The position numbers were made by a program, and so were the translations under genes. Below are positions 12,141 through 58,100 of a DNA stretch of 64,000 nucleotides, in pieces. Under the pieces are notes generated by a model. The model was not told the DNA's origin, did not search any database, and was given only the letters and a program-made list of their open reading frames with translations. Source of the stretch: Phoronis australis (taxonomy: Eukaryota > Animalia > Phoronida); contig NMRA01000007.1 in the NCBI GenBank assembly GCA_002633005.1, positions 1,006,362 through 1,070,361 of the forward strand, given 5' to 3'. Each line of letters starts with the position of its first letter. Position 1 is the first letter of the stretch.

Positions 12141-13940
12141 ACAAGACAATGGCATTCCTAGAGAACGATCAGGCACGGAGAAGACTACAAATGTGTTATT
12201 GAACACCAGCGCTGTTGGTAGAACAATTCTACTTTATTCTTGACTCCCTGTTCTCCAGAAATTGAATTAAATGTCACTGGCAGTGTGGTGGAGTGGGCGG
12301 TGGAGACTAGGTACATCACAGGTACAAAAGTTTTCAAAGGCATAGCTTCGGTAGAGGCTAATACCGTCGTTTGTACAAGAAAGTCTGAGGTAAGGCCAAG
12401 AAAACTTGGTTCTGGTCTTTACTCTGACTTATTTTTGAGACCAGCGCTCAGTGAGTGAAAAAAGTCATCCGCTCGCATTGATTTCAGCCACGATTTTTTT
12501 TTTGAAAAACTGCATTAAGATCTGTAAACGAGGGAAAGCAAGGTTTGAAGCACCTTGATGATTTGCTTAGCGATGAGTAAAAATCCTGCATAAGTTTTGC
12601 TCGTCTCGCGTGAATTTTTCTTTTTTGAAAAAGTGAGAAAGTAAAAAAATACAGCACCAGGTACTTGATTTTCAAAAAAGACCAGAACCAGTTCTGCTTT
12701 GTTCGCCTAACCAACAAAATACGTCAAATATCAATTGTTAAAAAATGCCACATAATTCAGTCTCAGTTATCTGTTTATGTTTCTCATACGCTCAAAGGAT
12801 TTGTAGTAATTCTTATTAGTGTTAACTTTAGTAATACTTGTTGAAAAGTTCTAGTTACGTCTGTGGGGCGTGTTTCATAAACAGTGGCTGCATCCACAAT
12901 TTCATCTTTCACTCCAACTTGGCAATCACTGAATAAAGTTACTGTGTTAGCATGTCTCTGTTTATCAACAATTTAATACACATTGTGTGATAATTAGCAA
13001 CCTGAAAAAGTGTTGAATTGATATTCAAAGTTTGTCTTTGCCATTTCGTTTTATGTCAAAACCATATGTTAGCAACAAGTGCCCCTCTCTATAAACCATA
13101 CATTCTGTACACACATAAATATGATTATAATTGCAAACGGTCTGTTAGGGTTGTTATAAAGTCACGTTGTTGAATTAAGTTTCGAAAACATTGGAAGTGA
13201 TCCTGATTTGCAGGTAATCCACGGGACATAATATGCAAAGATGATATTGTAATATGGGTGATACCATTTGAGCAGTGCGTATGAATGTGGCAAGAATGGT
13301 TTGTAAATAAAGTCATCCAAAGTGCAATCTTCACCATAACTTGAATAGGAATGGGCTGGTACCATGTCTTAACTTTGGTGGACTTGAAGTAGTTAGTGGC
13401 AGCTGATTAAAACTGGCAACTGCTGTCTTCAAGGCATCTCGTACTGTTTGGTTCATTTTCTTGTTACTTGGTGAAATGAAATTTCTGTCTGTTGGTTTGT
13501 TATAGACTGTGGAGTTCTTCGTCATTTTTTGTCAATTGCTTTGTTCGCATGCTACAGGTAACATTTCATATCCGTTCAACATAGAATTTACACACAGCAT
13601 GTGTCTCGTGAATCGAGTGTTGCTCCGAAGAGCGCTTTCATTCTAAACCTGTTATGCAGGTTCCATTTTTGGGTGAATCTTTAATAAAATGAGAATTTTG
13701 TCAGTATGAATGTAGATAGTTTTCCGTCATCTGTGAGTGTTCACTCATAAACATTATGAAAATTTTATTTATTTGTGAATGCAAAGATGAAACTATTTTA
13801 ATCTTAGAAAGTCTGGAATATTTTGTCTTGGATTGTACTTTGTAATTACTTGTTGATAAATATATACAGTTACCGAAGTTGCTGATTTCAACAAAACTTA
13901 AAATTGAAAACAAACAAGTATGCTGCACTAGTATTTCAAC

Positions 13941-13946
13941 TTTATT
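13941..13946 (-). promoter_or_regulatory. Candidate TRIM9 polyadenylation signal (AATAAA)
   Basis: tttatt on the plus strand, about 1.37 kb past the TRIM9 stop; T-rich sequence follows on the minus strand. Confidence 0.4.
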
Positions 13947-15312
13947 TGTGACAATACATGATAGAACACTACAGTGGCATAATCAATTTTCTAGCAATAC
14001 CACCTCATCCTAGCTTCTTAACTCATAAGGCCCAAGCTATACACAAGACTGCAGTTTTGACAGCAAGAGCAATAACACAGTTTTGATTACACTTTCATCT
14101 GGAAACAAAGCAGTTCAACAGAGAAAGACACTAGAGTGAAAACTCGACAAGACTCGAGGAAATAGTAGCAAACATGAAGACTAATTCTCCGTGGGAAGTT
14201 GACACCGAGTTTTGCCACAGTGTTAAACATGCTGTCAAATAGCCAAGCAAACTACTTGAGCCTGATTACACTACAATAGCTCTATGCATTCTTAAACGTA
14301 TTTACAAAGTTTATCAACAAAAACACCTAGTACGAAAGCACCTTGATGACTGTAAAATAATTAAATTTATGAAGGCCGTGAAATAAAGGCTTCAGGTCCA
14401 TGTATTTCCACTTGCCTGAGCATGCGTGTATTTAGGCCAATGCACCAGTAATCCACATCAATGTTTGAATTTAAGAGTAAGTGTCTTTATGAGAATACAA
14501 CAAAACCCAAGAAGAATAACATGTCGCAGAGGGTTCATTTGTCCATTGCAAAACGGTAAATATTGAGGAATTAATTGAAAATATGCTAAAATGGACAAAG
14601 ACATTCAGTTTCGGACGTGCCTGAAACCTACAACAGAAGTTTAGAAACATGTGCCTATGTCCAAAACACTTGAGCAAATGAAAAATGATCTTTTTTAAAA
14701 TGAATTACTCTGGATACAAACGCACATGCCTCAATACACAAATATAGGGTAGTGGAAACGCGTTAAATAGACTAGTACTCACTAGAAGACGAAAAAAATA
14801 TGTCGTATCAAGTGTAACCACTTGTAGAGATTTTCTGCAATAACATACTGGTTGTACTCTCACACATTTCTAGCATAAATCAATAACAAAAACACTGACA
14901 ATAACATGAAAGCTAATGACTATGCACAACTAAATGCATATAAGACCACATGAGATCTATCAAAATAAATAATCTTTTCTCTTACCAGCTTACGCTCCCA
15001 ACTATTCCCACAACAAATCACAAACTTTTATACCATCTCAGTCACATACCCTCCCACTCTGAATCACCTTCCGTCGTCTTCTCAAATCCAGCACGTTTCC
15101 ACCATTTTTACACCACAACAGACTTCAAAAATGCCAGGGAAGCATTGCGCAGAGAATCACGTGCAAAAAGTGTGATCACCTGCTTCATTTTCAATACGAT
15201 ATGAAATCTCACAAAGACTTGAGTGATCTTGCATTGTCGGGAATTACTTGCATCAAGATAAGCATCCCAGTTTCGGCAGCTAATTTCACTAACGCCAGCA
15301 GCATTGCCCCCT

Positions 15313-48703
<33,391 letters not shown>

Positions 48704-49004
48704 CGTTCCGTGTGCCTCATTTGAAAACTGACTCACCTGTGAGGAATCTCGTACACTTCACCAAGTTCGCGAGACAAAGGTTGGGGTGTATACAAAACTC
48801 TAACTCTCCAAGATTGTATTTTTATGTCTATTTTTAAATTATAATGGCATATTGAGTAAATTGGCAAACATTGTATATTTATTTTCAAATAATTAAAGTA
48901 ACATTTTATGATTCCACATTACTTAAGTATTAATTTAGACTTCGTTGCTGCTCGTTGCACAATTCTCCTTTTAGTAAGAATGTGGTCTGCAACCTTGAGA
49001 AGTC

Positions 49005-49123
49005 ATGACTCTTAGAAACGTAACCAAATTTTTCAAAAGTACCGGCTGTTTGCGCTTAGGCACCGTGACAGGAATCCAAGGAACGTTTATAGATTATGCC
49101 AGTGTCAGGTTTTTGTCAACCAG
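49005..49123 (+). CDS. L2HGDH: L2HGDH exon 1 (putative mitochondrial presequence)
   Basis: [19 protein letters not shown]...VRFLST is rich in R/K/S/T with one acidic residue; AG|gtgtgt phase 2 matches exon 2. Confidence 0.65.
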
Positions 49124-52100
49124 GTGTGTAACATTTGCGATGTTGTTCAGAAACCCTCATGGTTGCTGCGCCCTCTACTGGCTGTAGTCACTGAGTCAGC
49201 TGTTCACAAATCAGTGTGAACATGACTAGGGTTTGACTGAAAATTACCAAGACGGTTTTTTCACTAAATTATCGACAGTAGCTGTACAATGGAATTTGCT
49301 GTGTAAAAACTAGTGTTTGAAATCTGTGCAGTAATGCTATGTTTATCAGTGTGGCTGTGTTGCCTGATTCATGTGTCATGACTCATGTGACCGTTGTGTG
49401 TACTACTGTACTAGTACTAGTAATAGTAGTACTGCACTACAGTAGATCCAGTCCACACTGACAGACACAAATAGATCACGATCAACAATAAACGATACAA
49501 AAAATGACACATTTACATTCGACATGAAATTTTACTGTGTGTGACAGATTGAATTAGTAAAATAGGCCACAGTTCTATGGGAAATTGATGCTGACCAAAC
49601 CGTATAAAATTCAAGGTCGTCCAAGATTTAAACAAGTGAACATCCTTCTGTCAGGATGATTTTGGTAATTTGGGTCATTAGTTAAGTGGTGTAGAAGAGA
49701 AGACACAAGTCAATATAACTAACAAGCTCAGTGGTCATGTAAAACAGATAGCCATACCCTATTTTTGAAAGTGTCTCCCTGTGTAAACAAATTCATTTGG
49801 TCACTCATTACGTGACTGGCTTGATCTCACATAATTTTCAACTTTCTGATCTCACCTTAGGCAATATAACATCTGTGCTAAATTCATTGTTTTATAAACA
49901 GATAACATGTCGAAGAACAGGTGTTTATTTTTAAGGATTATCACTGAATTTCGTGGTACATTTGTATACATGCACATATGTGTAGTCCGGCTTCTGTATA
50001 CTGTACTATCAAAATTAGCACCCATACTCAGCTTACCATTCAACCCTTCAGCTTGAACACGCATTATTTTGACTTAAAATGTCTAAACCATTCCATTCTG
50101 CAATCTTATTTTACAACTACATGACTGGAATTGTAGCGTGTGTCTGATATGCTCAGTTATCTTCCGGTGCTGGCACAACCATGGGGATGTGGGGCCCAGT
50201 TGTTCACTCTTGATTAGCTGTTATGGCCAAGACCCTCTGAAGTTTCTTCTCGGTTTTCAATGAAAGCGCCTCTTCCCTTCATTGCCGTGTAAGGGGGAGA
50301 AAAACTGGAGAGCTGGCAGGTGCTAACATGCAGGTGGTGGTCTTAAAATATGGGCTTGTTTTAAGTAGCATACATTATACGGTTTTGAAATGATAACTAT
50401 AAGGAGCTTAGAATAATAATAAACAGTATGTAAATGCTGAAGTTATTATTACTGAAGCCCAGTACTACAGTACTTAAGACAGTCATAATTTGTTGACCAT
50501 GTTCATGGGCGGCGAATAATAGGGGGGTGGAGGTGCTTTAGCCCCCACTTTTTTCAGTGCTGTGCCGCCCATGATGGCGCACCCTGTGTTGGTGCTGAGG
50601 CTATGTAGCACCTTATTGTCATGTCATTATTTTGCCAAATGTATACAATATTATAGCCTGTAACACAGTAAAAGTATATATTTTCTGAAAGCGAGAAAAA
50701 GGTATAGAATTGGACTTTGATTTTTTAACATTTTGCTATTGATTGGTTCATTTGACCATCAGATCGTACCTTTTTGGTTTAAAAAGATGGTACATTAAAA
50801 ACAAAACAACGGTATCAATAACATGCAAATTCATTTGAGATAATTTTTCAAGATGAAAACTGAAAAATGCTGTTGTAGTTTTCTAATTTCTTTCGTTTTT
50901 GAAATTTCATCTTAAAGATCTTATCTTATATCAAATGAAATGTGATGATGTTCTTGATAGCATTGTTTAACTATTAATGAATATTTTGCTAAAGTTTACA
51001 AAATGATATGATCGTGTGACCCACTTTATGGCAGAATGGTAAAAAGTCAAAAATCCACAGACTTATCGACAAGGTCGTAGGTAACCTTCAATTTAGTTTT
51101 GTACTTGTATGCTTTGCTATCTCCTAACATCCAAGATACTGTTAATAACAATAAAACTGGGTGATTTATTTGTTCTTTCCAGTGATGACGACAAATCCCG
51201 TTATGATGTCGTGATAGTGGGCGGAGGAATAGTAGGCGCGGCAACAGCCAGAGAACTGATCCTCAGACATCCTAATCTTAAATATGCCATCTTGGAAAAG
51301 GAAAACAGGCTTGGTAATGATGACATTTAGTGGTGTTTAGATATATTCATAATTCATTTTGGTCACTGTAACATAGAAAATTGACATGTCTGCTGTTAGA
51401 CTAGGAACTTCTGCAAATAGGGCTCCCAAATTTATGTACTTTTATGTACCTACATGTATTGGAAAAAAAATCTTTTTGGTCCTTCCCACACCTTTGGAGC
51501 CTCAATTATCTGCTTTCGTATTTGGTGAGATCACAAAAGGCATCATGCAAACAACTTTGTGAGGCAATACTGCTCTCGGCATTTCTGGCTCACCAACAAC
51601 ATGGTGTTTTGCTAAACTAATGGCACCATCAGCACCAGCTTTGTTGATTACGCAATTGTGGTGAATTCCCTGCCGACGAGTTGCACTTTTTGTGTTGAAT
51701 CTTGTTGGTGTAGCCTTGTGGACTACAAAATGTTAACATATTCTTTTATTTTACATGGTGCTGCGAAGTTGAAGAAACTCAGGAGCAGACTAAATGCCAA
51801 AAAACAAATAATCATCTTTTGGCTATCCGTAGTCATATTTCTAACTTTTGGCTAAAAACGAAAGACTGTAGACTTTTCGAAAAGCGCACCTCTGAACTCC
51901 GTGCTGCTATTCTTATCAACTGTTTTTTTTTCAGCTCCACATCAAAGCAGCAGAAGCAGCAATGTGATCCATGCGGGTATCTACTACACACCAGGATCGC
52001 TGAAGGCTAGACTATGTGTTGAAGGCGTCAGACTTATGTATAAGTACTGCGATGATAACAACATTCCTTACAAAAAATGTGGCAAGGTTTGTGTTATTGT

Positions 52101-55100
52101 TCCAAGCAAATCCCTCTCCCCTTCTAAGTGCTGTAATTTGCTATGCATTCTAAGAGCATCTTGTCCCAAATGGATTTACATTACGCGTATATGCCCGTGT
52201 TGTCAGGACGTCATTGGCTGACATTTTAGGCAAATTCTTTAAACGCGTGTAATATGAATTGTGACCTAACGTCTGACCACCAGCATTTTATTGAAGTACT
52301 GAATTTGAGGGGTTTTGTTTGTTTTTCAGATGCATTCCATGATGGTTATCGGCTCGTAAACATCTGGTGACGTTACCGGTAGCTTGGGGACGTGCGACTT
52401 GTTTTATAATTTGCATTTTAGGTGGTGAGATTTAGCTTCAGCATGACTGGATGGTGCGCGTGTCTCAAGAATGTTTCACACAAAAGATTTGCTATTGTAT
52501 GTATTTTTTGATGCGTTTTGAGGCTCGCTTTCAACATTTTTGAAAAGTGATTACTTGAGTATTAACTCGCACCAAAAAGTATGTTGCTGGAGGCCACACT
52601 TTAAATTCTGCTGTTCTCAAGTGACAAATGTTGTTTTTGTGATATTGTTCTTACATCACCAAATTATCTTTGGTGTCATCAGATGTTTACGAGCCGACAA
52701 CGGTCCCACAATGCATTTGAAACATGACAGCAGCTCTGTAGAGGAAATCCCACCAATCCATTTTTATTCACCATTGAAGCATGCTTCCCATGTTAAGCTG
52801 TGTTATAGTTACTGTTATTTTTAATTTAGTTAATAGTCGCTACAGACCCAGAGCAACTGCCGAGGTTAGAGGGTCTTTTGAAAAGAGGCAAAGAAAATGG
52901 CGTCCAAGACTTGAAAATGGTTGGACCAGATGGTATCCGGGAGATTGAGCCAAACTGTGTAGTGAGTAAATTGTATCACTCGTGCATCATCATAGTCACA
53001 GGGATGTTGGATTTGTATCACTCGTGCATCATCATAGTCACAGGGATGTTGGATTTTACCCAGCACAATGTTTGGAGATGTAGCAACATTCGTAACTGAA
53101 TTTTTCTCTTTCACTAAGTTAAAAATGCATCTTATGATTGACCTAGTTTTCAAAATGTTGGATGTTTCTCAGCAGAGTCAGCTGTAAAGAATGACACATC
53201 AGGGATTTGTGAATAATTGTTCAATTTTTTTTTAATTTCCTGGTGTCATCTATACAGGTGCAAAAGTGGCAGAACAATTATTTAATGTTATAATGGAATA
53301 GGAACGTACACAGCAACTTGTGAGGTGAGACTGTATCTGACAGATACATGGAATTGTGGGTAAATACCGTGGAATACAATGTGGTGGTGTGGGATGTGCC
53401 TCTAATTTGATTATTTTATGTTACTGTGCTCCAAGCCTAGCAAGTGTGCAACCTTATATGTCAGAAAATGTGTTTGTTTGCATCGAGTTTACCAGTAGAT
53501 GCATGGGTGTACTACAGTCAAAGTGCGTTAGAACGAACCCTCCCACGACCATTATGAAATAGTCGTAGCCGAACTTCATTGCAACCAAATTAATAATATT
53601 GTATACAGTACATTTGGAACTTTTGGATAGAATTTTAAAACTGAACGAATGTTATAAAGCCGGTTCGTTGTAACACTCTTTGTTGAATATCTTAAAAAAA
53701 ACACTTGGAACAGATCTGGATATTTGAATTATTTTCGCTTTTTTAATTCCAGGGCTTAAAGGCCATCCACTCACCTCACACTGGCATCGTGGATTTTGGT
53801 CAGGTTACGCAGTCCTACGGTGAAAACTTTACATCCATGGGTGGTGTAATTTATACTAATTATGAAGTGACAAAGTTTGAGGAGACAAAGGACAGTCGAG
53901 GGTCAGATGGCTTAGAGGGTGGGAGCTATCCTGTTACTATCCATGGCAAAAAGGTACTGACAGTGAGGTCTGGGCTGCAATTGACCTATCGCAAGCTCCG
54001 CCTGGTTTGCGAAAAGTCATGTGACACCTGACAAACAAGCAATAAGTTACGCCCGACAAACAAACAATAAGTTTTACCTGACAACGTGTTGTTTGTTGGG
54101 TAAAATGGCGGCTTGAAAATGAAGGTGTGTCAAGAATTTTGTGTTCTGATTGGTCAGTTAAGCCATCACTCAAAATCCTGGCGATAGGTCAATTCATAGG
54201 GTACAAGACGGGAACCAGCACTTGTTGGGCGAAAAATCTTTAGTTTTGGAGCGGAAACAGTTAATTCAATCTGACCTCCAATTCAACACTTTAACCTCAA
54301 CAACTATTTAATTGGTCACCATTTTGCTAGAATAGGCTACCATAGAAAGGGCTCCTGACCACACTCACAAGACACTCGCATTTCATTCGTGGGATTTTGT
54401 GAGGTCTTGCTTCTCTCGAAGTAAAATAGGTCTACAGAAGCCGGTCCTGTTGTGTGTGCATTCAAATAGTTTTGTTTTTTTAATTTGAAGTGCAAATTTT
54501 ACTTCACAAAATTACATGACTTTCAAAAATTCAACAGAAAATGTCACGATTTGAGTTTGATTTTGAGTTCAGTGATTAGACTTGTACCCTGTGAGCTGCT
54601 GCGCAAAACTCTGTGGCTATGCACTTGATTCATAACACACGCTTATGTTATCTTACGACTGATCTTACATCCTTTTTGAGAGTTTTAAACAGTCATAAGA
54701 TAAAATTTGCGTTCTCTTTTTGTTCCACATTTTCTTTTTCGAATTTTCATGGTTTGTGTACGAAGCACAGTATGTTACAATTTTGATTAATTTGGTATTT
54801 ACATTGTCTGTCACATGAATTTTATTGGTACTCAAAATGTATTGTCACATGTAAAAACCTTTAGTTACCTTTAGTTACCTTTCTGTAATTTAACAATAGT
54901 TCAAGAGTTTCATGAAGCTGACTAAAGACTTGAGACAGAAATTTGGGGCCCGTTCCAAGAAACTGACTTAAGTTCAAGTTTGACTTAAGTCTAAAATTTG
55001 TCTTAACTTCTATACTTTGAAACTTCCACATCCGGTCAGACAGTTAAAATTAAGATAAAAGTTTTATCAAAAACTTAATTCAAACTTAATTTCTCTTTCT

Positions 55101-58100
55101 TGAAACAGTCTCGGGGCAAATTTAATTTTTATCTTAAAATTTACTAAAATTTAAGATTTTTCTTAGCTAAGTCAGTTTTGTTGAAACGGACCGCTTGGTC
55201 TTGCACTGCCAATTCACATTACCACATAAAGGTTTAGTCGCGCAGTTATTACCTCATCGAAGGCTAGAAATAGTACAAATTGTCTATGGATATATTCTCC
55301 AATATTTTTGTTCTTTTGCTAAACTGAGTGTTCATTTTTTCAGAAATAGTTTATGTGGAGCGGAAGACCAAATTTCTGTCTTAAGTCACTTTTCATGAAA
55401 CAGACCCCCAAGTGTTTGATCTTAACATCAGTCATTTCAGAGTAGTTGGTTCTCTGCCAATCGATAGATGTCAAATAGGAGCAGTTCATAAATTACGTGC
55501 CTGTATGTGTCTGTATGTGTCTGTATGTGTCTGCCACAAAAAGTAAATTTTATTCTCCAGCTACTCTGGTAGCCATCTTGTCGGAGTCTTAACAGAAATT
55601 AAAAATATTACGATTGTTAAATATTTAATCTGCTTATTTCGAGAACGATAATGCATGTTGAAAGTAATAACTTTTGAGTATTAAACTGACGTGGGTGAAA
55701 ATTCATTTTGTGAAATTTTTCGCTAAAATGAAGCAGAGAGAGTATCTTTACTTCAACACAGGGTGAGACAGTGAGAGCGCGCTACGTGCTGACGTGTGGA
55801 GGTCTTCATGCTGATCGTCTGGCTGAGTTGTCTGGCTGTAGCCAGGAGCCTCGTATCGTACCCTTCAGGGGAGACTATTTGGAGCTGGTGCCCGAGAAGA
55901 GAGACCTCGTCCGCGGAAACATTTACCCAGTGAGTCGAATATAATGCATTGCAGATGTCTATTAACATAATGCATTGCAGATGTCTATAACAGAATGCAT
56001 GTCAAGTTAAAACTGCTGTTCAATGACCTGCTTTATTTTCCGGCTTAAGACACTTTATTTGATAAGATTTAAACAATGGCATTTTTTGTTTGTTACAGTT
56101 GCTTTGAAATTGGTTGATTAACTTGTGCGTAGATACAGAACACGCCAAAAGTATTAACAAGAAGTTAGAAAGTTGGCTAAGCCATTCTGAAATTAAAATG
56201 TTGTCAATATAAGTCATTACCAGTCTATTTTGTGTTAACATTATTATTTATCATGACGCGAAAACAGTACATAACATGTAAACTTGGAATTGTCGTGAAG
56301 ACTTGACTGAGACCTCAGGGTCTCGCGCTCCACTGGCTTATTAACACTAATTTGAAATTGCTTTGTCCAGTCACGCGTTGTGGGTCATAAATCAAGATAA
56401 TGCAAATCGTGTTTCTTCAGGCAGTTCTTATCACCAAACCATCGGCTTCACAGGCAACAAAATGTTATTCACGGCAATAAAATGTAATCAGCCGAATGAT
56501 CTGTGATCCCAGACTGTCCGTCCAGAGTTGCCCCATTGACAAGTCTTGACGGTCTCTCAGAGGATTTAATGTTATGTTTGTATGATTACTTTTATCTTGT
56601 TCTGTAGGTACTGTGGCAAAGGGGCTTACAAAGTAAAACGATTATGTTAATGCCCCCATGTAGTTGATATTTGCAGCAAAGATCTTTGTTTTTTCATTAG
56701 GCAAGTTAGCTCTCCTAATTACAGAGGTTGAATGGAGTCCATTGATTGTTCCCATCAGGAAGATTCATCACTACTCACTTCATTTCAGTTAGCAATTTCT
56801 GTTTAACCTATTTACGGCTGTATAGCGTAAATTGAATTTCATCCAAATATTGCAGTTTTTGGCGAGTCACGCTCAGCATGGCTGGGTTTACATGTTCATT
56901 GCAGCACTTTAAAGTGAACTGACTGGCATACTTTCATTTCTAGTTTCAACACCGTCAACTATTGAGGTCCCATTATAGATGGTTGAAAACAGTCTCAATC
57001 AGTGCAAACGTTTTACAACCCAGAGAACACAAACCACATCTCACAGCTATTTGGGCGTCTACAGACTAAACTTGTAGACTGAGTAATGTAACCAACTACT
57101 TATGTCTGACCGTTTGTCAACTATAGCCTTGCTTGTATAGAAGTGTTGTAAATCATAGAATTTTGCCATTTGTAAAAATATAGCACAAAGTGCCATTTGG
57201 TTTTTCTTTCTAGGTACCTAATCCAAAGTTTCCATTTCTCGGCGTCCATTTTACCCCAAGGATGGATGGGAATGTCTGGCTTGGACCCAACGCTGTACTG
57301 GCTTTCAAGAGGGAAGGTTACAACCTATTAGACTTTAACCTGAAAGACTTCTGGGACGCAGCTTCATTTAGGTAATGGTTACACACGCAAACATGCATGC
57401 GCACACGCACACACACACACACACGCACACGCACACGCACACACACAACTGACCTTTTTACAGATAGCAGACTGTATACAATTTGTTTTGATTCATACAG
57501 TGAACTTTGACTGTAAAGAATGTTTTTAAAAGGCTCTGGAAGGGTTCAGTGCAATGCAGTTGGACTGTAGCATTTTGTGTAGACAGTGATTCACAACTTG
57601 CCTTATTTTTATTTTTGATCTAAGTTGCAGTTATCATATTCATTGGTACAGAATTCTGCAAATTGTTTCTGTAGAAATGCTGTGGGTAAATTATTCCGTT
57701 ATGGTTTTTATTTCTGATTGCATCATGTGTAAGAACTGTTTGACAGTATTCTCGTTATGTCAGTTATTGAGTGTGTATAAATTACTGGATTAGCAGCACG
57801 TATAATTACAATACAAGACTTCTATCATTTTCTTTCAGTGGTTTGCAGAAGCTGGTGCTACGTAACTTCTCCTATGCTGTGGGTGAGCTGTACCGGGGCT
57901 TCAACATCACAGCCACGGTCAAACAGTTGGCAAAATTTGTCCCTCAGCTGACTATGGCGGATATTAAAAGGTATACCCAGTGTTTGTCCAAGGCTGCGTT
58001 TTTGCATTACTCGACACAGTTAAGCTAAAGAGGACGAACATTGAGTTCTTGGGTGCGTCACCTTGGGTGCAATTTCAATAAGTATTAAGAAATAAAACTA

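Noticed and set aside
48704-48736. N-terminal extension MSQFSNEAHGT on TRIM9 from the ORF track
   Set aside because: It starts at GTG, not ATG; family similarity begins at MESELKCPVC (48703).
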